From Octopus sinensis (lineage: Eukaryota), in assembly GCF_006345805.1 (NCBI RefSeq), contig NC_042997.1:54312001-54376000 (forward strand): a stretch of DNA of 64,000 bases, read 5' to 3'. Shown piece after piece: positions 1 through 11,849 of this stretch. The notes under the pieces were generated by a model, which was given only the letters and a program-made list of their open reading frames with translations, ran no database searches and had not been told where the DNA came from. Position 1 is the stretch's first letter; each line of letters opens with the position of its first letter. Position numbers and translations under genes: made by a program.

Positions 1-143
1 TCCTAAATAAACCATTTACCAAAAAGTATCAAAGATTTCGTTCAAGAGAAAAGTATCTTCCACCTGGACTAAAATATGATGTAGACACTCAATGCCGTCT
101 GGCATTTGGGCGAAATTCATACAGTTGTCCAACAAGAACAAGT
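1..143 (+). CDS. ADAMTS9: ADAMTS exon 1 in window (partial): end of protease domain, start of disintegrin-like domain
   Basis: Frame from base 3: LNKPFTKKYQRFRSREKYLPPGLKYDVDTQCRLAFGRNSYSCPTRTS; donor GTGAGT at 144, phase 0. Confidence 0.9.
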
Positions 144-598
144 GTGAGTTCATCTACAGTTGGCTTTTATTATTGTTTTATTTTTTATTGATGCATTTAT
201 AATTGTCGGAGCTCTGAAATATTGTCATAATTGTTTGTAATTATACTGAGATGAAGTTGTTTGGCATACGCTTGCATTAAAGTATAACATTTTAAAACAT
301 CTCAAGTTTCTTAAATGAAAGGAAACTATTTAAACAATCGTCTAAGTTCAATGTTTGATTGCAAAAAGTTTGAAAGAAATGAGTATAAGATCCATTTCTT
401 CATTGAGTGATGTCAAATATATGTAGACTCTGCTACAACGTAATTAAACTTACTTTAACGACTTATTACTGTTGATATAAAAAAAAAAGTTGTGTTTCTG
501 ATATTTGAAATAAATGACTTTTTAACTTCATTTGCTAGAAATTTTAAGAATTCTTAATCTTTTCTGATATCAATTCTTTTCAAACTGTATTTCATTAG

Positions 599-697
599 TT
601 TGCATGTTCCCGTTTATGGTGTATTGGAGACACAGAGGAAACTTGTCACTCTGAGAATTTTCCATGGGCTGATGGAACACCTTGTGGTGCAACAAAG
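599..697 (+). CDS. ADAMTS9: ADAMTS exon 2: disintegrin-like domain
   Basis: FACSRLWCIGDTEETCHSENFPWADGTPCGATK (LWC and WADGTxC motifs); ttag acceptor, gtaatt donor. Confidence 0.93.
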
Positions 698-896
698 GTA
701 ATTTTTCTTCCTTGTTTCCCTTTTATATTCAGGATTATTTTCCCACAATGAAAATACATATATTTTATATATAACTTGGAAAGACTATCACTTTTAATTT
801 TGGAAATTGTCAAAAAAGAAAAAAAATTCTTCATATATTTACTAACTATAATTTTAAAGCAACAAATGGTCTAACAGATTTTTTTTATTGCTACAG

Positions 897-1039
897 TGGT
901 GTCAAAATGGTGCTTGTGTTATAAAAAGACACTTTGAAAAAGTTGATGGTAACTGGGGCAAGTGGAGTGAATATGATGAATGTACCTTTTCCTGTGGTGG
1001 TGGCATAAAGAAATCAAAGCGTGAATGTAATAACCCCAT
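897..1039 (+). CDS. ADAMTS9: ADAMTS exon 3: TSR1 N-terminal part
   Basis: WCQNGACVIKRHFEKVDGNWGKWSEYDECTFSCGGGIKKSKRECNNP; ctacag acceptor, gtaagt donor, phase 2. Confidence 0.95.
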
Positions 1040-1062
1040 GTAAGTAATGTGCTGCAATGTTT

Positions 1063-1230
1063 TAATAATAATAATAATAAAAACATTGTGTACAGTGCTC
1101 AGGTGCACTACAACTCATCTGAAGTGTATGTATAATCAGGTGTAGTTTCGGCGGATTTCGGAAAGCATGAGGGCCTTAAAGGATGCAGTGCCATGGCAGT
1201 CAGCAACTTTACTTCAAATGTTCTGAAAAA
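1063..1230 (-). mobile_element. LINE-like 3' end with (ATT)n tail; related copy at 22937-23230
   Basis: Both loci share (AAT)n followed by gtgctcagg..ac.acaact and tcaggtgtagt..ggcg.at.tc.gaaagcatg. Confidence 0.55.
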
Positions 1231-2315
1231 TGTAACAATTATTTTACCAATTTTCTACAGCTGATTTTCTGAGATAATTTACTCATTTTTAAAGAATGTT
1301 TATTATAAACATTCCAAGAACATCTTTCCTTTTTAGTTTCTAAATACTACATATGTGAGATATTGGCTGAACAGTGTAGCATATTTGACTTTCAACTGTG
1401 AATTTATATTGCCTGTAGATATTTTATTCTGTTTTTAACGCAAAAATATTTAACCTATACTTTATAACTGGATAAGCACCAGGTCTTCTGTGAGGCTAGT
1501 TCAAGAAATTATTAGTATTCTGTTCAAAATATTTATCACATTAATTTATGCTGTAGGAAATGTTATTATGTATTTGTATTAAGGATATCAATGATCATAA
1601 AATGGTTAACATCATACAAGTCTGTCCTATGCAAACATGGGGAAAAAATCACAGGCATAAAATGATAATAAGTTGAAAAATAAGACAGAGTACAATCAAT
1701 AAATTATATGAGATTCGCTTCAGTTATTACTGTATACACAACCTTATTAATAAGCCATTATATGGATAGTAATTATGAATATCTCAAAATAATACATCTT
1801 TACAATATTTTTTGTGGTATTGTCTCATAAAATACTAATTTATACTTTAATGAAAAACTAGTTAAAAGAAAAGATATAGAATTATCATATGCCTAGAATT
1901 TAGTAACTGAGCTGCAGCAGATAATATCAAGGATAATTTATTGAATCTTAAATTATTTTTAACTGTGGTACTCTAAGTTCTAGATAAAGCTATAAATAAT
2001 AGCAGTACAATATTGTGTTAAAAAAACCCATTAGGTTGAAAAAAATTGGAGGCTGCCCTTCAACGTTTTTAGCTCAATATTCTACACACCATTTTTATAG
2101 CTTTATCTACTCACCAATTAAACAATTTATTTCCTATCTCTTCAAGTTTCTAAATTCTTATGATGTAAACAACATACAATCCTTATTAAATCTTGTTTAA
2201 CTGAAATAGTAATTTTTTTTTACATTGCAAATACATTGTTTTAAACAAATATTATTACTATAATCCTGCATTGTTTTTGTAAACAATTTTAATGAGAACT
2301 TAATTATTTTTGCAG

Positions 2316-2379
2316 ACCAAAACATGGTGGTGCTTATTGTATTGGGAAAAGAATAAAATATAAATCTTGCAATACTAAG
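2316..2379 (+). CDS. ADAMTS9: ADAMTS exon 4: TSR1 C-terminal part
   Basis: (I)PKHGGAYCIGKRIKYKSCNTK; ttgcag acceptor, gtgaaa donor. Confidence 0.94.
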
Positions 2380-2454
2380 GTGAAAATTTTATTTCCTTCT
2401 ATTTTCTTAACTTTAACTGGGGAAAACAATTTGCAGTATTTACTTACAAGTTGG

Positions 2455-2532
2455 AAGCTGGCAGAACCATTAACACGCCAGGCAAAACGATTATTACTCT
2501 GAGTTCAAATTCTGCTGAGGTCAACTTTGCCT
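2455..2532 (+). mobile_element. SINE family A, 5' part only
   Basis: agctggcagaa...ctgagttcaaattctgctgaggtcaactttgcct matches the fuller copies at 15206 and 24650. Confidence 0.75.
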
Positions 2533-2535
2533 ACA

Positions 2536-2943
2536 TGTGTTTCCATATCTGAACACTACTCTTTGTGAGACCAACACCTCAGTTTGTCCTGACCTGAGCA
2601 GCATGTTGTTCCAGAAGATTGTCTTAACTAGTGAGATTTGTTCCCTCTTGGCCATGGCCTTGATTGTGCAATGGTGTTTTTCCAGAACCCTGTTTCCACT
2701 CGGCCTATATGCTGCTCTGAAGAAGCATCTGATGTACCATCTGCTAAGTGTTTCCTTCTGCAGCCCTGAACAAAATACTGTACTGTTGTCCATCAACAGC
2801 TCATCCCCCAGGCCCCCTGCAGTTTCATTCACAGTCTCTATCCTAATTTCTCTCTATATTGCCATCCACCCTGGTCCACAGTCGATCATTGAGAGGTACA
2901 ATCTTTCCTGGAAATGTATCATATCAATTGCCAGCTTCTTCCA
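2536..2943 (-). mobile_element. Ty3/Gypsy integrase core fragment (pseudogenised)
   Basis: WKKLAIDMIHFQERLYLSMIDCGPGWMAI*REIRIET...ELLMDNSTVF...AYRPSGNRVLEKHHCTIK; 35 residues between the second D and E. Confidence 0.8.
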
Positions 2944-3069
2944 ACCTTATTTTACTTTGAATCAATTTGGCAATTATTTGTACTTAAAATTACATTTATT
3001 CTAGACTTCTATAGCATACAGAGAGATTATTTTATTTAATATTTTTAAATATATCATTTTCTCAATTAG

Positions 3070-3184
3070 AAATGTCCAGAAAATACCAAAGATTTCAGAG
3101 CTGCACAGTGTTCAGAATTTGATGGCAAAATTCCACTTATGGGACTTTCATCAACTGTGATGTGGGTTCCAAAATATTCTGGAA
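3070..3184 (+). CDS. ADAMTS9: ADAMTS exon 5: Cys-rich domain
   Basis: KCPENTKDFRAAQCSEFDGKIPLMGLSSTVMWVPKYSG; donor gtaagt, phase 1. Confidence 0.94.
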
Positions 3185-3270
3185 GTAAGTGTAGTTTTAC
3201 ATATTGATCGTTCTTTCCAATCTTAAAACCTCTATAACTAGGAATTGCATCAATTGTTCAAAGAAACCTT

Positions 3271-3714
3271 CGTGCTGGTGGCACGTAAAATACACCAATC
3301 CGACCGTACGACAGGCACCCATGCCAACCCCCTTTGCTTGCGAAGACATGTTGGGGCAAGCGAAATCAAAATCGAATTGAACCAGCCAGGATCCCTGGTC
3401 TGGTGGTACGTAAAAAGCACTATCCGACTCGTGGCCGATGCCAGCACCGCCTCGACTGGCTTCCGTGCCGGTGGCACATAAAATATACCAATCCGACCGT
3501 GGCCGTTGCCAGCTTCACCTGGCACCTGTGCAGGTGGCACGTAAAAAGCACCCACTACACTCACGGAGTGGTTGGCGTTAGGAAGGGCATCCAGCTGTAG
3601 AAACACTGCCAGATAAGACTGGAGCCTGGTGCAGCCTTCTGGCTTCCCAGATCCCCGGTCGAACCGTCCAACCCATGCTAGCATGGAGAACGGACGTTAA
3701 ACGATGATGATGAT
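3271..3714 (+). mobile_element. RTE-tail repeat (family B) with about 4 internal subrepeats and (GAT)n tail
   Basis: Core tggttggcgttaggaagggcatccagctgtagaaac and end ttaaacgatgatgatgat recur about 10 times in the window. Confidence 0.85.
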
Positions 3715-4150
3715 ATGACACTATATGGTCTGAAAGCTAAAGAGTGTTTAAATGAACTACTGATACATTGCTCTTAGTGTAAATATTTATTTGCATTATA
3801 ACTGTACTTACTTTTCAGATTCTCAATGATTTAAAACTTATGACATGCTCAGACCAAGACAGTTGGTCAAAGCTGTTACAAAATGAAAATAAGGCAAATA
3901 ATTATGTTAGCTTGCAAAAGATATTAAGATGAAATCTATGATGTATTTTTGCATATGGGAGAAGCAACTTCTTTTAAAAATAAAGAATTCTATTTTATTG
4001 CAGTAGTATTCTCATCCATATTTGATTGGAGGTTTAAATATTGTACGTGCTTTTGGATGCATGTTTCTAGAACAATACCCTCTGAAAAGTCTTTTGTTAA
4101 TTTTAATGCAGAAGTTTAGTATATTTCCCTAATTAATTTTGTATCTAATT

Positions 4151-4884
4151 TTTCAAAATTTGAAATGATAGCTAATTCGTTCATTATGTTACATGTTTAG
4201 CAGTAATAAAAATGTCTTAACAAACCAAGCCCTTACTTTTATAATACTTGCTTCAATGTGTTTCTGTAAAGGAAAACTAGTTTTTATTGTCTTGTCTGAT
4301 GCTATTTTCCAAAATAAGCTGCTGTATTTTACCTCTGACTTCATTTTTCTTTTTTTTTTCTTTTTTTTTTTTTGCAAATCTTTTATTTTCACATTTTGCA
4401 GTCCATTTGAAAAACACCTGTAAACTTTACTGCCGTGCATCACATGGAAATGACTATTATTTACTAAGAGAACAAGTTACTGATGGAACTAAGTGTTCTG
4501 AAGATACTTTTGATGTTTGTGTGAATGGAAAATGTCAGGTAAACTTACTTATAAAACAGTCATTTAGAACTATTTTTATATGAATTGTTTCATAAACATA
4601 AAATTTTTTCCATACTTTCATTCTCTTTCACAATGCAAGATTACAATTTTTCCAGTATGTTTTTGAAACAAATAACTTCTTTTAATCTTTCAAGATTTGA
4701 AATGATAGCTTATTAGTTCATTATGTTATGTGCTTAGCAATAATAAAAATATCTTAACAAATCAAACACTTACTTTTATAATACTTTGCTTCAATGTGTT
4801 TCCATAAAGGAAAACTAGTTTTTATTGTCTTGTCTGATGCTGTTTTCCAAAATAAGCTTCTATATTTTACCTCTCACTTCATTT
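4151..4884 (+). repeat. Direct repeat of about 195 bp (4151-4346 and 4688-4884) flanking exon 6
   Basis: Both copies run tttcaa.atttgaaatgatagct...aaaggaaaactagtttttattgtcttgtctgatgct...cacttcattt/gacttcattt. Confidence 0.9.
4402..4538 (+). CDS. ADAMTS9: ADAMTS exon 6: Cys-rich domain
   Basis: (I)HLKNTCKLYCRASHGNDYYLLREQVTDGTKCSEDTFDVCVNGKCQ. Confidence 0.95.
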
Positions 4885-5497
4885 GTTGATCTTCAATCGA
4901 ATTCTGTTCAACTTTAGATGTCCAAAGTTTACATATGTATTTAAATATCCTTTGGCTGATGCAAACTCTAAATGTTTTAATTTTTAGATGCAAACATAGA
5001 AAAGCTGTACTATTTTATAGAATTGTTCTACTGAATAGGAGCTATCACTATTACTCTGCAAATAATTGGAACAACTTCTGTTGCAAAGCAAATAGACTTT
5101 TACTATTCACAAAATAATCATCATCATCATCATTGTTCTCTTTACATCTGCTTTCTCTATACCAGCATTGGTTAGGTGAGAATTACTGAAGTAGTTTTCT
5201 AGTCCCTCTTCTACCAATTAATTAAAAAAATATATATTATAATTACTAAATATATTGGGTTTTGATAATCTAAAGGAACAGATCCATACCTATTTGTCCC
5301 TTGCATTGAAAATGAGATAGAAGGAAACTACATTTTATTACACTTCATCACAAACTGCTTTTATACATTATCATATAGGTAGGCCATTTCATGTAATTAT
5401 GTTGGAAAATATTCCAGAAAGTTTGCAGTGGATGTAGGTTTATTGTAAGATTGACTTTCCTGCTAAATGTGTTATTTGATTGGAGCCTCTGATTGGT

Positions 5498-5500
<3 letters not shown>

Positions 5501-5530
<30 letters not shown>

Positions 5531-6136
5531 GTTTAACATCTGTTTTCCATGCTAGCATGGGTTGGATGGTTCGACAGGGGTCTGGGAAGCCAGGAGGCTG
5601 CACCAGGCTCCAGTCTGATCTGGCAGTGTTTCTACAGCTGGATGCCCTTCCTAACGCCAACCACTCTGTGAGCGTAGTGGGTGCTTTTTACGTGCCACTG
5701 GCACAGGGGCCAGAGGAGGCTGGCAAACGGCCACGATCAGTTAGTGCTTTTACGTGTCACCGACACAGACACCAGTCAGGCGGTGCTGGCATCTGCCACG
5801 TTCGGACAGTGCTTTTAACGTGTCACCAGCACGGGTATCTTAACTACAATTTCCATTTGATATTCATTTTGATGTTGGTGTTGACGTACTTGACACAATA
5901 GGTCTCCTCGAGAACAGTGGGTCACTCTACAATCCAAGGTTAGCACAGCAGGCTGTCCTGCGAGCCATGAACTCACTTCATTTGTTGGGTCTTCACAGTC
6001 ACAGCATATCTCAGGGTCTCAGTCTTCGTCATTTCCTCTGTGAGGCCCTACGTGCCACCAGCACGGGTGTCACAACTACAATATCCATATGATTTTTATT
6101 TTGATGTTGATGAACTTGACACAGTAGGTCTCCTCA
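5501..6136 (-). mobile_element. Family B repeat with extended body
   Basis: (ATC)n followed by the reverse complement of the family B core; internal ~70-bp direct repeat at 5835-5910 and 6064-6136. Confidence 0.85.
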
Positions 6137-6334
6137 GAAATTTATTAGAGTATTGTTATATTTGAGGATGCTCATATAATGTGTGTGGTTAATTGGCAAA
6201 AGAATATGACCATCCCCAAATATAACAATATTTGTTTCAACACATGATTTCACGTCAGGAATCTTGCAGAACAAATACATAAACATTAGAGTAGTTATTT
6301 ACTATTTCTCTACAGTAATTTTTTTTTTTTTCAG

Positions 6335-6452
6335 AGAGCTGGATGTGATTACCAACTTGGCTCTACCATGAAACGAGACCGTTGTGGTGTTTGTGGTGGT
6401 GATAATTCTTCTTGCAGAACAGAAACTGGCACATTAACTTACACAAAATATG
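6335..6452 (+). CDS. ADAMTS9: ADAMTS exon 7: end of Cys-rich domain
   Basis: [39 protein letters not shown] ([11 protein letters not shown] hallmark). Confidence 0.96.
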
Positions 6453-6994
6453 GTAAGTAAAATTTATTAGTTTTGCATACCTTTTAACTGGTAAAAGATA
6501 ATGTTAGAATAATATTTTCTTTTATCACTTATTTATTTTGGTTAATCTATTTTTGGTAATTTATTTATGACTCTGCTAAACATCAATTAATAAACTAAGT
6601 GTTTGTGGATGAAAACATTTTCTAATGTTAACTTCAACAATAATGCAGATCTATACTAATTCAAGAGTTGCAGTCAATCAAGTTGTTTGATAGCTGATCT
6701 ACTGTCCAAAATTTTTATCATACCATATGTGCTGTTTTATGTCTCAATAAAACAATGGCCTGCCCATAGATAGGCACTGGTCACTGCTTTAGGTATAGTT
6801 GGTAATTTCAAATTAATAAATTATCTTGTTAGCTTACAATGCTAAGAGAAAAACCTTTCAAAATAACAAATATGATAAAGCCTTTCAAATTATATGATAA
6901 AGCCACCTTAACTGATATAGTGTGAATGAACTGTGTAACACATCTTGTGGCATATCTGTTGCTAATTAACATATCATAAATACATTATCTAAAT

Positions 6995-7375
6995 CAATGG
7001 TTCTTAACCTGAGTAATAGTGATTCCTTGAGGCCATTGTGAGTTCACATGGGACAGCAAATATTATGCTGTGAGTGCTGCATGTTTAGAGGGGTTGCGAT
7101 TTTTATCTTAGAAATAAAATATTTAAATCGAGTACTCTTTATTATATTTTAAACATATTTTCAAAAACAAATCTATGTTGGGACTTGAATATGACTTAAG
7201 CATTGTATTATCAATGAGTAGAAACATGATTGATGATGTACTCAGGTCCAATGTAATTTCATTTTATAATTCTTTGCCTTTTTTTAGTAATTTGCATGAA
7301 AAATTTTATGTAGGGGTACTAATCCACTCAAATATATACAAAGATGAGAGGGTATGATAAAATATGGATACACTA
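6995..7375. mobile_element. Degenerate hAT-like MITE
   Basis: Terminus caatggttcttaacc; the complementary-type terminus ggttgagaaccactg is seen at 54711-54725; right boundary approximate. Confidence 0.4.
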
Positions 7376-7571
7376 GCACAAAATCAGCTTCTAGTTGATT
7401 TAAAGGGGTTTTTTAACTTGTTAGTTTCATTATTACTATGATTAAATGTTGTTACATTGAAATTACTGCTTCATATTCAAATTGAACATTTACACACATT
7501 TTTTAGCTTAAAGTAGAATCCAAACTGCTCTAAAGAACTAATGTCTGAAACATCTTTAATTGTTCCTAATA

Positions 7572-8040
7572 TCTATTATATAAAATCCATTCTGTCTGTC
7601 TGTGTGTGTGTCTTCTAAGATCTTGAGCATCCTCCATCCAATTGCATTCAAATTTGATATGTAGATACCGACAGTATCAGGGCGTGTATAAGTCTTGAAA
7701 AAATTACAAAAATCGATTCCAGGTGAGGATGTGATCAATAAAGCCATTGGAACATGCATTTGTACGTGCAAGTACATCAGCTGTTGTGATCAATACTACA
7801 CGTGTGCGAGAAAAATGCACATGCAGTTTGCGCAAAAAAAGCCAGCTGGCTTGAAATAATGCCACAAAATGCAGTATATTTAAGAGACCAAAAAAGTAAG
7901 ATGCAAAAGAGATATTTTCTTCAAACTTGGCACGAAGGAAGGAAAGACTATTTGGTTTCTCAAGAAGTTTTTTTACTTTAATTTCGTTTTACAAAACCGA
8001 AAATTTTATTGAAATAAAGGCATGCTTAATTATTTTTTAA
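7572..8040 (+). mobile_element. Non-autonomous Helitron-like element, 5' part
   Basis: A|TCTATTATATAAAA start followed by ctgtctgtctgtgtgtg, as in the two complete copies; no CTAG end found; 3' limit approximate. Confidence 0.55.
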
Positions 8041-8323
8041 TGAAAAGGAAACACTGATTGCTTTTTATTCAACAGGTATGATTTAGCACCATCCATTGGA
8101 GCATTTTGCTCATATTTATATATTTTTAAACTTCACACACTACTTTCACATACTCAACACGCACTTGAAATGATGAAAATAACTAATATCAAATTGTTTA
8201 CATATTTAATAAACATTATAATTTTATGACATTGAAATTATTTTTTAAAGTGTCTTGCTGTTGATATCATTTCATTGTTTGTTTTAAGCCATTTTTCATT
8301 ACAATGTACTTTTATTTATATAG

Positions 8324-8416
8324 GCTACAACAAAGTTGTTGATATTCCTGCTGGTGCCAGCAGTATCCATGTATCCCAACATGGCAATGGTAACAGAGCT
8401 GATGAAAATTACCTTG
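8324..8416 (+). CDS. ADAMTS9: ADAMTS exon 8: spacer
   Basis: GYNKVVDIPAGASSIHVSQHGNGNRADENYL; phase 1 to 1. Confidence 0.95.
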
Positions 8417-9166
8417 GTATGTAGACTGGGGATTATTAAAAACTTACAAAAAATGCAATTCGTTTCTTGCTGTTGAGTCTTATGTATCTGTTGTTTCAAC
8501 TGGATGTAGTAACTGTTGTAGGACAGGATGTGATTTAAGAGACATTTATCTGCTATTTCTAGTTAGCTATGTGATAGCTTAGTGGCACTCTCATTTAGTA
8601 GTTGTTTTTGCTAGCCCTTATCAGGTCTCCTTGAGTATGTAAATGGATTCAGTGCTGGCTAACAAACCAAGACATTCAAACTGAGCTGAAGTAATAAATG
8701 TCTAACCATGACCATCTTTATTATAATCATTCTATTTGAAAATTTAAGTCTTAAAACATGTGGTCCGAGTTTTAATGATGATAGAACATTTGTTAGAGAT
8801 ATTTAACTGTTACATTGAGTTAATAGAGAAAGTTGCTCTACTCATTTGCAAACATTTGGAGCCATCTACTTCAAAGATTAGGTGAAATTTTCATATGAAT
8901 AAAGTTGTGGATACATATCTTCCTCCTTTAAGTATATTCATTTTATAATGTATTATCACATTACTAGTAACTGAAATTTGTGTTAGGTAGTTAAGTTCTT
9001 TGGGATTAGATACAGAGAAATTGGCTTTTTATGTAATGCTACATAAATTCTAAACATCAATTTTATTCCAGATTTCTATGCTCAATAATTATTTATGCTT
9101 ATATAATTTTTTTACACAATAATTATTGCATTAGAAATAACTAATTTGATTCTCTTAAACTTCCAG

Positions 9167-9333
9167 CACTTCAGGATTCAAAAGGTAATTTTATTCTAAA
9201 TGGAGATTATACTATAAAAGAATATCATCACCGGTTTCGAGTAAAAGGTGGAAGTGTAGAATACAGTGGATCTATTAGTCCTGTTGAACAAATTAACTCT
9301 TCAAGTATCATTGAAGAACAGCTGACTGTGTTG
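9167..9333 (+). CDS. ADAMTS9: ADAMTS exon 9: spacer
   Basis: ALQDSKGNFILNGDYTIKEYHHRFRVKGGSVEYSGSISPVEQINSSSIIEEQLTVL. Confidence 0.94.
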
Positions 9334-9779
9334 GTAAGTGTTATTGTAATCTGATTTTTTTTTTCTTTTACCTTAATTTTAGCTGAACATTATATTTCAA
9401 CAAACTGTTGCTATTTCATTTTGGAGTTAAAATAATACTAACATTTATTTGGGAAGTACATTTTTGTATGTCCCATATCCATGGAATTGAAACAATGTGA
9501 AACTGTGAGTCTTGACTTTACTAAGAACATTAATAGTGTAGGTGAAATGTGCTGGCTTACTTCTTGCTCTATTTGTATTCTAATACCTGATGTACTTAGA
9601 CATTTACTGTTAAGATATGTAATCTCTTATCCCTTGTTTAATAACAAATTGCATCTATGGACTTTGACTTTACCTTCAGAACCAAAATATACTTGTGCCT
9701 AAAAAATCGCTAATTAACATATATTTATTTAGTCAATTACCTATATTTACACTTATTTTGCTTGCTTTTCTACTTCTAG

Positions 9780-9906
9780 GTTTTATCTGTGGGGTCAGTC
9801 GAGCCTCCTAATATTTTTTACTCCTATAGTATATCAACTGGTGAAAATGTAAGGTACTCTTGGAATGCTGATGGACCTTGGACTGACTGTGATAAAATAT
9901 GCCAGG
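9780..9906 (+). CDS. ADAMTS9: ADAMTS exon 10: spacer end, TSR2 start
   Basis: VLSVGSVEPPNIFYSYSISTGENVRYSWNADGPWTDCDKICQ. Confidence 0.94.
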
Positions 9907-10046
9907 GTGAGATATATGTTTATTAGTTCATTCTATTGTGCTGATAATTAAAGTCTAATTCAACAACTTCTATATTATTTATTAATTGTATACTACATAT
10001 GTTGATATTGTAATGTTAGGATCTGCACATTTTGAAAAGGGAACAG

Positions 10047-10077
<31 letters not shown>

Positions 10078-10440
10078 TTAACGTCCGTTTTCCATACTGG
10101 ATGAGGTTGGACAGCTTGACAAGCTGGCAAGCCAAAGGACTGTGCCAAGCTCCACTGTCTATTTTGGCATGGTTTTTATGTCCAAATGCCCTTCCTAATG
10201 CCAACCACTTTACAGTTAAACTGGGTGCTTTTTGCATGACACCAGCACCAGCAAGGTCTGTATTGGCATGGTTCTTACAGCTGGAGGCCCTTCCTAATGC
10301 CAACCACTTTACAAAGTAGACTGGATGCTTTTCACGTAGCACAAGCACTGGCAAGGTTTGTCTGGGTATAGTTTTTACGGCTGGATGTCCTTCCTAATGT
10401 GAACCACTTCTCAGAGTGGGCTGGGTGCGTTTTGCATGGC
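10047..10440 (-). mobile_element. Family B repeat with triplicated ~100-bp core
   Basis: cttcctaatg at 10191, 10290 and 10390; (ATC)n tail. Confidence 0.85.
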
Positions 10441-11184
10441 TGTTAGTTCCTGTAAAATGATATTCAGGATGTTGACTGATTAGTAGGATGTATATTGCCT
10501 TGTTCTTTCATCAGCAGACTTCGGTTTGTCTACAACTTTGATTGAACTGCATTCATCATGATATTTTTGTTTCTGCAAATGAGTGAAAAAAATATATAAT
10601 GTATTTGTTATTAAACATGGTGTATATTCCACATGTCCTATATCCTATATGCTTACTGAGTTAAATATGCTTCACTTCACTGAGGAAATCCAATCAGGGT
10701 TTTAGACAAGCTCCATTCCAATCTGTATTGTCTATCTTGCAAACATTTTATGGTCTAATATTATTGGAGTTCTCTCCCTTACATGTTTTTTTTTATTTTA
10801 ACCCTACTTAAATATTTTATCGATGTCCAAGTGGCCAGATAAGATCTCTTACACTTGCTCTGCAATATCATTCTAAAAATAAACAATCACATCATTAAAA
10901 TCTCAAAGCCAAGAGATATCACATGATTAATTCAAAACCATATATGTAAATAAACATTACATTTGACAGAGTAATCAAAATGCCAAAGGGGGAAGTATCC
11001 TACAAAGAGATTTTGTATACTAATTGCATGGATGATCTCAGTAATTTCTCTGAGGCCTATTCTAAATATCAATGCATTTGGTTGATAAAACAAAGCATAA
11101 ATTATTAGAAAATTACAATCAGTGTTGTTACTTTACTTTACAGTCTCAGTTAAAGATATATGTCAATTTATTTAATGTCACTTT

Positions 11185-11189
11185 TATAT

Positions 11190-11246
<57 letters not shown>
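11185..11246. repeat. (TA)n microsatellite
   Basis: Direct reading. Confidence 0.95.
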
Positions 11247-11251
<5 letters not shown>

Positions 11252-11541
11252 ACAAATATATGGGAAACTACCACCTGTATCATCTCTTGTGAAAGGTAGG
11301 AGAGTCCAGTTTCCTGGACATTGTTGTAGAGCTGAAAACGAGGCAATTTCTACTCTTCTCCTCTGGAAGCCATCTACTCGCGATACCAGAGGGTGCACAC
11401 TCTCCTACCCTGATGTAATCTCCAGGGATACAGGCATCCACCAACAGGACCTCCGTAATGCTATGATGGACCATGAAGTCTGGCATAGCATAGTAAATTC
11501 CATTGTCTCGACCACGGTCAAACAATGAGGATGATGATGAT
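11247..11541 (+). mobile_element. RTE-clade LINE 3' end (second RTE family)
   Basis: RRVQFPGHCCRAENEAISTLLLWKPSTRDTRGCTLSYPDVISRDTGIHQQDLRNAMMDHEVW resembles an RTE ORF C-terminus; (GAT)n tail; TA runs on both sides. Confidence 0.75.
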
Positions 11542-11725
11542 ATATATATAAATAGAGACGTTTCCTTTATTGAGAGTTCTGAAGGCATTTAAACATGACA
11601 TTCTTTTTAGTAAAGCCTTCTTTCTCATTTTATTTGAGTTAAATTTTCATTTTGTGTGCAGTTTCACCTAATTCATCTCATTTACTGTTCTCTTTAATGT
11701 TAGTTGTTTTTCTTTAATGTTTAAG

Positions 11726-11849
11726 GCCAAAAACGTAGAAGAATTATTTGCACCAGAGATGATGATTTAATAGTATCTGATCAGCGCTGTGATGAAAACA
11801 CTAAACCAAGTCAGATTATACAACAATGCAACATGCACTGTTCTATTGG
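11726..11849 (+). CDS. ADAMTS9: ADAMTS exon 11: TSR2
   Basis: GQKRRRIICTRDDDLIVSDQRCDENTKPSQIIQQCNMHCSI; phase 1 to 2. Confidence 0.92.

Noticed and set aside
2537-3004. 155-aa plus-strand ORF
   Set aside because: Antisense to the integrase relic; no recognisable protein features.
3245-3684. Overlapping ORFs and short repeats resembling a CRISPR array
   Set aside because: The units are degenerate subrepeats of a high-copy retroelement tail with irregular spacing; the context is eukaryotic with no cas genes.
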